From a virus (taxonomy: Duplodnaviria > Caudoviricetes), in the IMG/VR virus record IMGVR_UViG_3300021121_000001, positions 32,001-96,000 of that record: a DNA stretch of 64,000 nt; one strand, written 5' to 3'. Positions 48,160 to 58,888 of the stretch are shown here, piece by piece. Every line of letters begins with the position of its first letter. The first letter of the stretch is position 1. A program made the position numbers and the translations under genes. The notes beneath the pieces were generated by a model. It searched no databases. It had not been told where the DNA came from and saw only the letters and a list, made by a program, of their open reading frames with translations.

Positions 48160-49257
48160 ATGAAAAGAAAATTAGCAACAATAAGAAAGATCAGCAATTT
48201 AACACCAATTGAAGGTGCAGATAAAATCGAATTAGCACACATAGATGGTTGGAAAGTTGTAGTAGCAAAAGACGTAAACCATAAAATAGGTGACTTAGTT
48301 GTTTATTGCGAAATAGATTCTTTCCTACCAATTGAACCTGAGTTTGAGTTTCTGCGTAAAAGTAGCTACAAGAAATTAGTTGATGGTACTGAAGGATTTC
48401 GTTTGAAGACAATAAGACTGAGAGGTCAGATATCACAAGGACTTATTATTCCGTTAACAGATGCTAGCTCTTTATACATACGCAAAAAAGATCCTTTAAT
48501 TGACTCTGAAGAATGGGTTGAAGGTGTAGATGTTACTGAATATTTGGGGATTGTAAAATACGAACCACCGATACCATCTGAATTAGCCGGTAAAGTTAAA
48601 GGATTATTTCCTTCATTTTTACAAAAAACTGATGAAGAACGAGTGCAAAATTTAGCAAACAAATATCCAGAATGGGTAAAGTCTAATACTACATTTTATG
48701 CAACAGAAAAATTAGATGGATCATCTGCAACATTTTATGTAAGAAATGGTGAGTTTGGTGTATGCTCTAGAAATTTAGAACTTAAAGATTCGGGAGAATT
48801 TGTTCCGGGAATGGTTACTTGCGAAGATGGTATCGAAAGACCTAAACAAGAAAATACTTTCTGGAAAGTTGCTCGTGAGATGCAATTGAAAGACAAATTG
48901 TTAGCAACTAATCGCAACATTTGTTTACAAGGAGAATTAATTGGCGAAGGCATACAAGGTAATCCTTATAAGATTAAAGGACACACTGTAAAATTTTACA
49001 ATGTATTTGATATTGATACACAGAAAATATTATATTTTGATGATTTTGTTACTTTTATCACATCTCTCGGCTTAGATACTGTTCCAATACTAACACCGTT
49101 TATTCTTCCAAATACAATAGAAGAAATACTGAAATTAGCAGATGGTAAATCTTTCCTGAATCCAAACACTGACAGAGAAGGATTAGTAGTTAGATCAATT
49201 GATACTAGTATTAGCTTCAAAGCAATTAGTAACATCTTTTTATCTAATGAAAAATAA
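48160..49257 (+). CDS. RNA ligase, DRB0094 family
   Basis: N-terminal PIEGADKIE OB-like domain; EKLDGSS, QGELIG, REGLV and FKAIS motifs. Confidence 0.92.
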   Translation: MKRKLATIRKISNLTPIEGADKIELAHIDGWKVVVAKDVNHKIGDLVVYCEIDSFLPIEPEFEFLRKSSYKKLVDGTEGFRLKTIRLRGQISQGLIIPLTDASSLYIRKKDPLIDSEEWVEGVDVTEYLGIVKYEPPIPSELAGKVKGLFPSFLQKTDEERVQNLANKYPEWVKSNTTFYATEKLDGSSATFYVRNGEFGVCSRNLELKDSGEFVPGMVTCEDGIERPKQENTFWKVAREMQLKDKLLATNRNICLQGELIGEGIQGNPYKIKGHTVKFYNVFDIDTQKILYFDDFVTFITSLGLDTVPILTPFILPNTIEEILKLADGKSFLNPNTDREGLVVRSIDTSISFKAISNIFLSNEK

Positions 49258-49302
49258 TTTGTTAAAACCTTTTGAATACTGAAAAAAAGTTATAATTACA
49301 AT

Positions 49303-49755
49303 ATGGAAAGAAAATTAGTTTACAATGCTATAAGAACGCCTGATGGGAAGGTTCTTGAAAGCTGGAGCAGACATGATTACAATGTCTATCAAGATGCTAA
49401 TGGAAAAGAGTACATGATAGACGGAGGACTGTCATATCATAGAAGATCTAACAATGGTGATGAGGTAGACCTATGTGTCTATTCAGACGAGCCTTTTGAA
49501 AAAGTAAGGCAGTTTGCCTCAAGAGCCGGTTATGGTAAGCCTAATTCTAAAGACTATGGTGTTTTTAAAATAACTACCTATCAAAACATGTCTGATGAAT
49601 ACGTAGCTAATGCCATAAGATTTTTAAAAGATCTTGAGCAGGATATGAATGCATTACATCCTAAGGGAGGCTCTTCAGTAGCTATAGAAATAGGCCTGCT
49701 TGAAAAAGAAGTTGAGTACAGAAAAGAACATAACATTATAATCAAAGAAAATTAA
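49303..49755 (+). CDS. Conserved phage hypothetical protein
   Basis: NAIRTPDGKVLESWSRHDY...MIDGGLSY. Confidence 0.75.
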   Translation: MERKLVYNAIRTPDGKVLESWSRHDYNVYQDANGKEYMIDGGLSYHRRSNNGDEVDLCVYSDEPFEKVRQFASRAGYGKPNSKDYGVFKITTYQNMSDEYVANAIRFLKDLEQDMNALHPKGGSSVAIEIGLLEKEVEYRKEHNIIIKEN

Positions 49756-49885
49756 AAAACAATGGAAGAATTACTGGAAGAGATCAGAGAAAATTCTGAA
49801 TGGCTTGAAACCTCTGAAGGAGATGAAGTGGAGTGTATCTCTATTGAGAATCTAAAAGCAATACTTGAAAAATATACAATAATAC

Positions 49886-50938
49886 ATGAACTTTAGAGAA
49901 GAAATACAGGAAGAAGCAATACAAGTTGCTTTGAAAAATAATTATGGGGCTATTCAAATTCCTATGAGGGGAGGTAAAACTCTTGTAGGGCTAAGAATAA
50001 TTGAAAATTTTAAAAAAGTTCTTGTCAGCTATCCTAATAAATCCATTTTTAACAGTTGGAAAGAAGATTCAGATAAATTTGACATTAGTATTGATCATGT
50101 AGACTTCACCACTCATGTTAGTTTAAGTAAAAAAGACTTAAAATCATATGACTGTGTAATGTTGGATGAAATACATGCAGTTTCAGTGGCAAATTGGGAA
50201 TTTATTTCTGAAAATATTCCTGTAAGAATGTATGGTCTTTCAGGCACTATGCCTGATAAAGGAGAAAAGCTGGATTATATGAATACATATTGTCCAATTA
50301 TTTACAAAAAAACTTTAGATGATACAACAGGTAAAACTAATAAAGATTATAAGATAACTGTACATCTTCTTGAGCCAAGTTCTGAAAAGAATATTGCTCT
50401 TAAATCTGGAAAGTTTTGGAGTGAAAAAGCCAAGATTAGGTTTTTTGAAAATAAATACAACCTTACAAGAAACTTTAATGAAATGTTGTTTTTAATAAGA
50501 GCTATTCAGGATAGTGTTACAAAGTTAGAATATATGAAAAAACTGTCTAATAAAATAGACAGAGGATTGTTTTTTGTAGAAACTTCTAAGCAATGTGATT
50601 TAATGGGATTTCCCAGTTATCACAGTAAGGAATCTAAATCAGAACAAAATCTAATAGATTTCAAAACTGAAAAGATTAACAAACTGGTGACAATAAATCA
50701 GCTTCAGGCAGGCGTTACAATACATAATCTGAATGATGTTGTTATTCTTCATTGTTATAGTTCTAATAATAAAGCAGCACAGAAACTTGCAAGAGCATTA
50801 AATTATGCAGAAGACCAAATAGCAAATATTCATATTATTTGTCTGAAAGGAACAAGAGATGAACAATGGACAAGATCAGGACTAAAAGATTTTGACCCAA
50901 AGAAAATAGAATTTATTGAAATTAAAACTCAAAAATGA
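49886..50938 (+). CDS. Superfamily 2 helicase
   Basis: PMRGGKT, DEIH, LSGT, QLQAGVTI and QKLARAL motifs. Confidence 0.85.
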   Translation: MNFREEIQEEAIQVALKNNYGAIQIPMRGGKTLVGLRIIENFKKVLVSYPNKSIFNSWKEDSDKFDISIDHVDFTTHVSLSKKDLKSYDCVMLDEIHAVSVANWEFISENIPVRMYGLSGTMPDKGEKLDYMNTYCPIIYKKTLDDTTGKTNKDYKITVHLLEPSSEKNIALKSGKFWSEKAKIRFFENKYNLTRNFNEMLFLIRAIQDSVTKLEYMKKLSNKIDRGLFFVETSKQCDLMGFPSYHSKESKSEQNLIDFKTEKINKLVTINQLQAGVTIHNLNDVVILHCYSSNNKAAQKLARALNYAEDQIANIHIICLKGTRDEQWTRSGLKDFDPKKIEFIEIKTQK

Positions 50939-51186
50939 CATTGCAAATAACAAAAGAGCTATTAAGAAGAATAAAAAAAGAAAGCCTAACTCTTACAAGT
51001 TGGGCTTTTTTAATATCTTTGCACACCCAAAATGAAATTTTTGATCTTGATGATATTTCAGATTATGCATTTATTGCACAACAACTTGGGGTGCTGGGTT
51101 TTATAACGCTAAATGGGGAGGATACAGATGATTTATATTGTCTTACAGAGAAAGGAAAAGAATTAATAAAAGAATTAAACAATTAA
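50935..51186 (+). CDS. Small winged-helix-like protein
   Basis: LGFIT...YCLTEKGKELI. Confidence 0.55.
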   Translation: MTLQITKELLRRIKKESLTLTSWAFLISLHTQNEIFDLDDISDYAFIAQQLGVLGFITLNGEDTDDLYCLTEKGKELIKELNN

Positions 51187-51220
51187 ATATGGGATTATAC
51201 TCCCGGTAAAATAAATTTAT

Positions 51221-53215
51221 ATGAAAATAGATAAAACTAATTTAAAAATAGCTATTGGCGATATAGAAACTCTATATTGCTGTTCTATGTTTGGATTTTA
51301 TGATTTTGAAAATGATAAATGGCATATTTTTGAAATAAGTGAATTTAAGAATGACCTGTATGCATTTGTTAAATTCTATAATAGAGCAAACTGGGACAGA
51401 ATAGTTTGGTTCAATGGAATAGATTTTGACACACAGGTCATTCAATTTGTCCTTAACAACTATCAAAAATGGTTTGATAACAGTCCTCTTGAAATATGCA
51501 AATTTATATATGATGCTGCTCAGAAAGTCATAGATGATAAAAATTATGGTATTTTTAATCAGTTTAGACAAGACTCAATTGAAATAAAACCTATAGATGT
51601 CTACACTATTTTAGGACTTGATAATGAAATGAGAAGAAGCTCATTAAAGAAATGTGCCTTTCAATTAGATGAAGAAGTTGAGGAAATGCCAATACACCAT
51701 AGTGTTAAATCTTTAACTCTGAAAGAATTGGAAGAAGTGAAGGAATATATGAAAAATGATATTCTTGTAACTTTACAACTTTTTAATATAGTTATTGGAA
51801 ATACTTCTCATCCTCTTTACAAAGGAAACAACCAATTAGAATTAAGAAATGATATTCAGGAGGAATTTGGAATTGATTGCTTAAATTATTCAGATATTAA
51901 AATAGGTGATGAACTTCTTAAATCCAATTATGCAAAAGCAATAAAGAAAGAAGTTAAAGATCTTCCCAAAAAGGGAACTTTCAGAAAAGAAATAAAATTA
52001 AAATTCTGCATCCCTAAATATGCTGAATTTAAAACTGAACAACTCCAAAAACTTCTAAAGGACACAAAAGAAAAAGTATTAAAACAACAGGAGAGCCATG
52101 AATCTAAATTTACATTTAGAGGTACATCATACACTATTGGACTTGGTGGTGCTCATAGTGATAATACTAATGAGATTTGGAGTTCTGATGAAGAATATCA
52201 ATTGGTTGATTTGGATGTTGGATCTCTATATCCGGCTATTATTGTAAACAACAATTATTATCCATACCATCTTGGTAAAGAATTATTAGGAGTTTATAAG
52301 CAATTATATGAAAAGAGAATAGAGCTTAAACCTTTAGCCAAAAAAGACAAAAGAATAGCAGGTATTGTAAATGCATATAAATTGTCACTTAATTCGTCCT
52401 ACGGAAAAATGGGTTCTATGGATAGTTGGATGTTTGATAAACAAGTTCAGATTAGTGTATGTTTAACTGGACAATTCTCTCTTTTGATGCTTGTAGAAGC
52501 TATGGAACTTGAAGGCATACATGTATTTAGTTTGAATACTGATGGCATCACTCTTAAATTACATAAAGATAAAAAGGAAGTATTTGAAAAGATATGTAAA
52601 GAATGGGAACAAAAAACACAATTTGTACTTGAAAGGGTTGATTATTCTAAAATAATATATTCCACTGTAAATGATTATATTGCTATAACAAATGAAGGAA
52701 AAGTTAAAACTAAAGGTGATTTCATTTCTGATTTTGAATTATGGAAAAATAAATCAAATAGAGTTGTAGCATTGGCTCTTCAGGAATATTTTACAAAAGG
52801 TACAGATCCAAAAGAATTTATTACAAATCATAAAAATATTTTTGATTATTGTATAATGTCAAGAGCAACAGGGGAACTTCATCTTGAACTTCAGGATGAA
52901 GGCGGAAATATCATTAAACTTAAAAAACTTGTAAGATATTATTTATCTAAAAATTCAAACTGGCAATTATTTAAAAGAGGAACAGGATCAACAGGAAAAC
53001 CAATGAATGTAAACCAGGCTGCTCCTAATGAACTTGGAACTCTTTATGTTCAATATTATAATAAACATGAAGAAAAGCCTTTTGAAGAATATAATGTTGA
53101 TGTAAATCAATATATTTATAAGGCATATAAACTTATTGCAAAAATTGAAAAGAATAAAAAAGATAAGAATTTCATTGCAAGTTTGAATAATTGTAAACAA
53201 ATCTCATTATTTTAA
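51221..53215 (+). CDS. polB: Family B DNA polymerase
   Basis: Exonuclease motifs DIE, FNGIDFD and YMKND; polymerase motifs DVGSLYP, KLSLNSSYGK and NTDG. Confidence 0.92.
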   Translation: MKIDKTNLKIAIGDIETLYCCSMFGFYDFENDKWHIFEISEFKNDLYAFVKFYNRANWDRIVWFNGIDFDTQVIQFVLNNYQKWFDNSPLEICKFIYDAAQKVIDDKNYGIFNQFRQDSIEIKPIDVYTILGLDNEMRRSSLKKCAFQLDEEVEEMPIHHSVKSLTLKELEEVKEYMKNDILVTLQLFNIVIGNTSHPLYKGNNQLELRNDIQEEFGIDCLNYSDIKIGDELLKSNYAKAIKKEVKDLPKKGTFRKEIKLKFCIPKYAEFKTEQLQKLLKDTKEKVLKQQESHESKFTFRGTSYTIGLGGAHSDNTNEIWSSDEEYQLVDLDVGSLYPAIIVNNNYYPYHLGKELLGVYKQLYEKRIELKPLAKKDKRIAGIVNAYKLSLNSSYGKMGSMDSWMFDKQVQISVCLTGQFSLLMLVEAMELEGIHVFSLNTDGITLKLHKDKKEVFEKICKEWEQKTQFVLERVDYSKIIYSTVNDYIAITNEGKVKTKGDFISDFELWKNKSNRVVALALQEYFTKGTDPKEFITNHKNIFDYCIMSRATGELHLELQDEGGNIIKLKKLVRYYLSKNSNWQLFKRGTGSTGKPMNVNQAAPNELGTLYVQYYNKHEEKPFEEYNVDVNQYIYKAYKLIAKIEKNKKDKNFIASLNNCKQISLF

Positions 53216-53223
53216 AAAACAAA

Positions 53224-53481
53224 ATGGAAAAAAAACAGCTTTATCTTGTAGGAACGCTTACAAAAGAAAAACAAATAGATGCAAATGATGCAATATATGT
53301 TCATAATGATGAGGAAATAGAAAAAATATTTCAATCAGGAAGTTATGAAGAAGAAGAGAACTATTTTAGAATTCCTTTAAATTTGGAAGAACTGGAAGAA
53401 ATATTTGTCAAAAGACAAATTGAATTTAAAAAAGTAAAGCATGGAACTGATACTAACACCAAAAATAATAGAAAGCATTAG
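53224..53481 (+). CDS. Hypothetical protein
   Basis: ORF track. Confidence 0.65.
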   Translation: MEKKQLYLVGTLTKEKQIDANDAIYVHNDEEIEKIFQSGSYEEEENYFRIPLNLEELEEIFVKRQIEFKKVKHGTDTNTKNNRKH

Positions 53482-53995
53482 TATTCCAATTGATCAGTTT
53501 ATATATCTTTGGCTTAGAAGTATAGAAGTAACTCCAAACTTTAGTTGCAATGTTCCTCTTATAATAGAAGGGTATTTATATCCTTCAGGGAACATTGCTC
53601 CTAAAGGAATGAGTTTTATACAAAATGTTTTAGGAAACGTGTATCATAAAGTAGACAATTATGAACAACTTCATAAAGAATTACAGGATAGATTGTTTGT
53701 TTTAACAGGAAAAAAGCAAGTTAAAGCAAATGGAAGCTATACATTCTTATGCAATTCTATAGATCTTAAGTCTAGGCTTACAAGGGTTATAACAAAATAT
53801 AAACTGGCAGATTGGGAAAAAGTTAAGAAACTTCTACTTTCTCATGTTGAAAAAGCACACAACCAGAAATTTGATAAAGTTATGCTTATTCAATATTATA
53901 TAGAAAAGAATGGAAATTCTAACTTAGCTTCTGATTATGAGAGTTTTACAGAAGAAAAAACAACAACATTTAAATCAAATCAAAAATTTGTATAA
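53441..53995 (+). CDS. Hypothetical replication protein (upstream of helicase)
   Basis: Coupled to the DnaB-like gene. Confidence 0.6.
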   Translation: MELILTPKIIESISIPIDQFIYLWLRSIEVTPNFSCNVPLIIEGYLYPSGNIAPKGMSFIQNVLGNVYHKVDNYEQLHKELQDRLFVLTGKKQVKANGSYTFLCNSIDLKSRLTRVITKYKLADWEKVKKLLLSHVEKAHNQKFDKVMLIQYYIEKNGNSNLASDYESFTEEKTTTFKSNQKFV

Positions 53996-54912
53996 TGGCA
54001 ATTAAAAGTATAGCTGACGTAGTTAGAGAAACTGAAAAATACATTGATGATAGGAGAAAAGGAGTTATAAAATCCTATAAGACAGGATATTCTAAGTTTG
54101 ACAATGCAAATCTTGATGGTTGGGAATGGGGATCAGCTATAACTATAGGAGCCAGACCTAGTGTTGGTAAAACTGTATTCACCTCATGTTTGTTAAGAAA
54201 TAGCTTTGATTATAATGATTTTAAAGACATTGTAATATTAGAATTCAACTGGGAAATGGCAAGTAGGGTGTTATTGCTAAGAGAATTAAGTGCAGACACA
54301 AAGAATAGCTATAAGGATGTTATATCAGCAGGAAATATAAAAGTTACCGATGAAGCATTTAAGTATTATTCTGAAGTGCTTAAGAAATATGCAAATCTTC
54401 CTATTTATTATGAAGAAGAACCTAAAACAGCTAAAGAATTTGCAGCAGTTGTTAGAAAATTCAGAGACAAACATAAAGATAAGAAGATATTGGTAAGAAC
54501 TGATCACACTATTCTTGGCAGAAAATCTGCTTCTGAGGGAAATCAAACAGAGATGCTTTACAATCTATTCTTTGAAGGAAATATAATCAAGAAAGAATCT
54601 GATATTATATTTATTTGGCTTACACAGCTACAAAGGGATTTTGAAACAAGACAAGAGGATGGAACAGATAAAGCATTTCCAAGACAATCTGATGTTTTTG
54701 GTTCTGATGCTGCTGCAATGTATTCAGAATCAATAATACTTCTAAATAAACCCTCGCGGTATGGAATATCTTATTATGGGAATAGGGGAAGTGGTATAGT
54801 TGTAGAACAGAATGATCTTTTTGCTCACATGGTAAAAAACAGAAACGGGGAAGGAGATATGATCCTTAAATACAAGACACAATTTGAAACAATGAGTATA
54901 ACAGAATGTTAA
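53995..54912 (+). CDS. dnaB: DnaB-like (SF4) helicase ATPase domain
   Basis: GARPSVGKT, FNWEM, LTQLQR, PRQSDVFGSD and KNRNG motifs. Confidence 0.88.
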   Translation: MAIKSIADVVRETEKYIDDRRKGVIKSYKTGYSKFDNANLDGWEWGSAITIGARPSVGKTVFTSCLLRNSFDYNDFKDIVILEFNWEMASRVLLLRELSADTKNSYKDVISAGNIKVTDEAFKYYSEVLKKYANLPIYYEEEPKTAKEFAAVVRKFRDKHKDKKILVRTDHTILGRKSASEGNQTEMLYNLFFEGNIIKKESDIIFIWLTQLQRDFETRQEDGTDKAFPRQSDVFGSDAAAMYSESIILLNKPSRYGISYYGNRGSGIVVEQNDLFAHMVKNRNGEGDMILKYKTQFETMSITEC

Positions 54913-54916
54913 AATT

Positions 54917-55327
54917 ATGACACAACAGGAAATTATAGAAAATTTAAAAACAAAATTTGGGGTAGAGACAAAGAATGCCTATCCTAAAAAAACATATTTG
55001 AGAGATGGATTTCCATTCATAGGTGTGTTTTCAAGTGAACTAAAGGAAGATTTTTATTTTTATGTAGAATATAGAAATGAATATTATAAACTTCCCTACA
55101 GAGAAAATTATAAAGAATACTACATTCCTGAAATATTTGATGGAAAAACAAAATATCAAATAGATATGAGTGATTGTATTCTTCTTAAAGAACCAGAGGA
55201 ATATAGAGAACTTGAAGATGCTTCTTTTATGGGAGAAACAACATTAAGAGATGTTGCCTCAATCATCTTGAACAAGCCTGTTTCCAACAAGACTTGGCTT
55301 AATGAGATAATAAATTTAAAACAATAA
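54917..55327 (+). CDS. Conserved crAss-like hypothetical protein
   Basis: C-terminus TLRDVASIILNKPVSNKTWLNEII. Confidence 0.7.
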   Translation: MTQQEIIENLKTKFGVETKNAYPKKTYLRDGFPFIGVFSSELKEDFYFYVEYRNEYYKLPYRENYKEYYIPEIFDGKTKYQIDMSDCILLKEPEEYRELEDASFMGETTLRDVASIILNKPVSNKTWLNEIINLKQ

Positions 55328-55354
55328 TTGCTTTAAATTTAGTAAGATATTGCG

Positions 55355-55362
55355 TATATTTG
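55355..55362 (+). promoter_or_regulatory. Bacteroidota -7 element (TATATTTG)
   Basis: Consensus match with upstream TTG; 23 nt before ATG 55386. Confidence 0.6.
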
Positions 55363-55385
55363 CAATTAAATAAAAAATAAAATAA

Positions 55386-56198
55386 ATGCAACAAGAAGAA
55401 TTTAAACTGCCGGATGATGTACAAATTGCTACACAAAATAATCCAAGAGACCTTGTAGTAATTTCAATTCCTAAAATGGGAAAAGGTACAATTCTTGGAA
55501 GTTTTACAGAAAATCATAATGCTATTGTATTTGATTTGGAAAAAGGAGGGTATGAATATATAAATGCAAGAAAAATAAGCACATATATAAGTCAGGACAC
55601 AACACTTACAGAAGCTTATGATAATTATGTGAAATACAGAAATCTCCTTCTTCAAACCAAAGGAAAGTATGAATATCTCATAATAGATGGACTTTCAGAT
55701 CTCGACTCTCTATCTATGATTGGTGGAACATATCTTTTCATGGATAGTGTTATGGGTAAGACCTTTAACAGAAAAGATGGAAAGAAGTTAAAATATGGAG
55801 AACCTGGATTTATATTTGTTACAGAATATCTTAAAGATGGAGGAGGATATAAATGGACAAGAGATTGGTTTTTGAATCAAATAGAAATATTCAGACAAAT
55901 ATCTCCATATAGGATTTATGCAGCACATATTTCAGACAAACTTCTAAGAGATAATGGAAAAGAAGAAGTTGCAGGAAGTGAAATATCTCTTACAGGAAAG
56001 CTTAAAACTATTTTTGCTTCTAAAGTGACAGCTTTGGCTAAACTTGTAGCTGAAGAAAATAAGAGATATTTGAATTTTCAAGTTTTAAACGACTCAATTA
56101 TTGCTGGCAGTCGTAACCCAAGGCTGTTTGGTAAGATATTAATATCTGATAAAATAGATAATAAAATAGTCACCTATTGGGAAAAAATATATGAGTAA
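55386..56198 (+). CDS. AAA/Sak4-like ATPase
   Basis: SIPKMGKG P-loop, DLEKGG, LIIDG and AAH motifs. Confidence 0.8.
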   Translation: MQQEEFKLPDDVQIATQNNPRDLVVISIPKMGKGTILGSFTENHNAIVFDLEKGGYEYINARKISTYISQDTTLTEAYDNYVKYRNLLLQTKGKYEYLIIDGLSDLDSLSMIGGTYLFMDSVMGKTFNRKDGKKLKYGEPGFIFVTEYLKDGGGYKWTRDWFLNQIEIFRQISPYRIYAAHISDKLLRDNGKEEVAGSEISLTGKLKTIFASKVTALAKLVAEENKRYLNFQVLNDSIIAGSRNPRLFGKILISDKIDNKIVTYWEKIYE

Positions 56199-56234
56199 TT
56201 TAGAGATTTAGATAGTTTTTATTATATTTATAAC

Positions 56235-56903
56235 ATGAAGTCAGGAATATACAGTATAACATGTCTTATTAATAATAAAAAATATATAGGTTATGCAACA
56301 AATCTTCAGAAAAGAAAAGGAAATCATTTTGATGATTTAAGAGATAATAAGCATAGGAATAATCACTTACAAAATGCTTATAACCTATATAAAAAAGAAA
56401 ACTTCTTGTTTGAAATAGTTGAATACTGTAGAGTAGCTGATTTATGTATTTTAGAACATTATTGGGCACATTTTTATGATGTTTGGGATAGGGATAAAGG
56501 GTATAATATTGATAAAACTAACCCTGATGGGAAAGCCAAAAGATCAGAAGAAACTTGTAAAAAGATAGGAGATGCTCATAGAGGAAAATTTGTCACAGAT
56601 GAAACAAAGGAGAAAATTTCTAAAAGTAAAAAAGGACAAACTCATACAAAGGAAGCTAAAGATAAAATTGGAATAGGCGCAAAAGGTAGGGTATTTTCTA
56701 AAGAATCTCTAGAAAGAAGAGCAAATACTAGATCTATACCTATTATTCAATTATCTAAGAATGAAGAATTTATTAAAGAATGGAAGTCTGCTAAAGAAGC
56801 TAGTGAGTGTTTAGATATAAATCATAGAAATATATCTAGCACTTGTAGAAAAGAAAGAAAAACAGCAGGAAAATTTATTTGGAAATTTATAATTAAAAAT
56901 TAA
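56235..56903 (+). CDS. Free-standing GIY-YIG homing endonuclease with NUMOD3/NUMOD1 repeats
   Basis: GIYSI...KKYIG, GYN, SEETCKKI/DETKEKIS repeats, IKEWKSAKEAS. Confidence 0.92.
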   Translation: MKSGIYSITCLINNKKYIGYATNLQKRKGNHFDDLRDNKHRNNHLQNAYNLYKKENFLFEIVEYCRVADLCILEHYWAHFYDVWDRDKGYNIDKTNPDGKAKRSEETCKKIGDAHRGKFVTDETKEKISKSKKGQTHTKEAKDKIGIGAKGRVFSKESLERRANTRSIPIIQLSKNEEFIKEWKSAKEASECLDINHRNISSTCRKERKTAGKFIWKFIIKN

Positions 56904-56909
56904 ACAAAA

Positions 56910-57851
56910 ATGAAAGTAAATCAAAATCAGGGAAGTATTGAGAATATTAAATATGTAGGAGTTTCTGTTGTAACTCCATTGGTATTCAATCCTAACAGAG
57001 AAGAATTGGATAAAGTGCTTGGAGTTGAGAGAGCAGATGATTATGTACCTAAAGATGAATTTGTATATGTCAAAGAAAATGTAGAATTGAAACAAAAAGA
57101 CAAAGAAGGCAATGAACTGGATAGTATTTTTTGTGATCAACTCAACATCACTGTTTGGGTGAAAGAAGAAAAAACAAAAAAAGCTTTTCCTATAAATTTT
57201 ACTATTTATAATGCTGAAGATGTTTCTTCTACAGGAAAGTACAAATTTGTCAATCAGCATGGTAAAAGTATTTATTGTGACAGCGCAGAAAATCTAAGCG
57301 AATATTTCACTCACACTCCAGGAAAAATAAAACAACCTCTTGAATATAGAAAAGCATTTAAAGGAGAGGCTAATTTCCTTGAATTTCTTGCATCTTGGAC
57401 AAATATAAATCCTTTTGACAATCAGAGTTCTTTGTTTGTAGAGGACACAAAAAAGTTTTGGGCAGGGAATATGAAAGAGCTTAACTCTATTCTTGTTGAC
57501 TTTTCTACAAATTCTGTAATGGTTAATTTTAATGTAAAAGTTAAGGAAGTTTCAGATGACCAAGGGAATACAGAAATAAAAGAATATAACAGAATAGCTA
57601 CAAAAGCATTTTGTTCAGGTGGAATGATGAAATATTTCAGGCAATATGCTAAGAATAATTTTAAGGATTTGAATGGAAAAGCTAAAATAAGTGGTGTAAG
57701 TATGTATAATTTGAATAAATTTGTAGAAGATATTTATGGAGACTATGGTGTAAAAGATCATACATTCAAAGGAGAACTTATAGAATATGATCCTAATGCA
57801 AATCCTGTTAATACTGATTCTGCAATAGTTCATGATGATAGTTCTTATTAA
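56910..57851 (+). CDS. crAss-like single-stranded DNA-binding protein (putative)
   Basis: YVG...NPNREEL, SSTGKYKFVNQHG, RKAFKGE; acidic tail; synteny between AAA ATPase and primase. Confidence 0.6.
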   Translation: MKVNQNQGSIENIKYVGVSVVTPLVFNPNREELDKVLGVERADDYVPKDEFVYVKENVELKQKDKEGNELDSIFCDQLNITVWVKEEKTKKAFPINFTIYNAEDVSSTGKYKFVNQHGKSIYCDSAENLSEYFTHTPGKIKQPLEYRKAFKGEANFLEFLASWTNINPFDNQSSLFVEDTKKFWAGNMKELNSILVDFSTNSVMVNFNVKVKEVSDDQGNTEIKEYNRIATKAFCSGGMMKYFRQYAKNNFKDLNGKAKISGVSMYNLNKFVEDIYGDYGVKDHTFKGELIEYDPNANPVNTDSAIVHDDSSY

Positions 57852-57870
57852 ATAAATTAACAAAAAATAT

Positions 57871-57906
57871 AAAGCCCCATAACAAATAAATTATGGGGCT
57901 TTTTTT
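57871..57906 (+). terminator. Intrinsic terminator
   Basis: AAAGCCCCATAA...TTATGGGGCTTTTTT. Confidence 0.8.
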
Positions 57907-57916
57907 ATTAATTGAT

Positions 57917-58888
57917 ATGAAAATAGCTAAAAGAATTGATTTAAAAGAACTTATAGATACATATCTTTCTGACTTGGAAATATTTAACAGGTATATTGGA
58001 AATGTACAAATAGGAAATCCATTCTGTTCTCTACTTAGAACAGATAAAAATCCTTCATGTAACTTATATATATCTAAAAGCGGGACAGTGAGATATAAAG
58101 ATCACAGTACAGGAGATAATCTTACAGCTATTAGTTATGTTCAGACTTTATTCAATTTGAGTTACCCAGATGCACTAAGAAAAATAGCTGCTGATTTTAA
58201 TTTAAATGACCAGGAGTTTACAGCAAAGCCTATATTCAATTCAAAAAAACCTGAAATTGTAAAACAAAAAGTGGAAATAAAAATAGTTCCAAAGAAGTTT
58301 ACAGAAGCAGATTTAGAATATTGGTCTAGCTTTGGTATTAGTTATGAAACATTAAAACTTTTTAATGTTTATTCTGTAGATAAGCTGTGGATAAAAAAGC
58401 AACCAATGATCATCAAAAGAGATGAATTATGTTTTGCTTATTATTTTCCACAGTCCAATCATTTGAAAATTTATTTTCCATTAAGAAAAAAAGGAAACAA
58501 ATGGTATAGCAATACAGATAATATCTGTGATGTTCAGGGATACTATCAAATGAACATAAAAGATACCAAACCAAGTATAATACTTACAAGTTCTTTAAAG
58601 GAAGTTATGCTGCTATGGGAATATGGTATTAAAAGTATGGCAATTCATGGGGAACTTGCTAATTATGATGTTGATTTTATAAGGCATATTAAAAAATATT
58701 GCACTGAAATAAGATCTCTTTATGATTGGGATGAATCTGGATTTAAAGCAGGAAACAATCTTAAAAATCTTCATGGTATTGAAATGATAACAAAACCTGA
58801 TGATTTACAATGTAAGGATATTTCTGATTGTTTTAGACAAAACAAAGAAACAGCAATTGAATTTTTAAAAAGTATAAAACATGAATAA
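57917..58888 (+). CDS. dnaG: DNA primase (crAss-like DnaG family)
   Basis: N-terminal SLLRTDKNPSC...YKDH domain; TOPRIM TSSLKE and YDWDESG; KDISD. Confidence 0.85.
   Translation: MKIAKRIDLKELIDTYLSDLEIFNRYIGNVQIGNPFCSLLRTDKNPSCNLYISKSGTVRYKDHSTGDNLTAISYVQTLFNLSYPDALRKIAADFNLNDQEFTAKPIFNSKKPEIVKQKVEIKIVPKKFTEADLEYWSSFGISYETLKLFNVYSVDKLWIKKQPMIIKRDELCFAYYFPQSNHLKIYFPLRKKGNKWYSNTDNICDVQGYYQMNIKDTKPSIILTSSLKEVMLLWEYGIKSMAIHGELANYDVDFIRHIKKYCTEIRSLYDWDESGFKAGNNLKNLHGIEMITKPDDLQCKDISDCFRQNKETAIEFLKSIKHE

Noticed and set aside
56199-56910. GIY-YIG gene as an intron-encoded ORF
   Set aside because: Flanking genes appear complete, and spacers of only 36 and 6 nt leave no room for an intron core.
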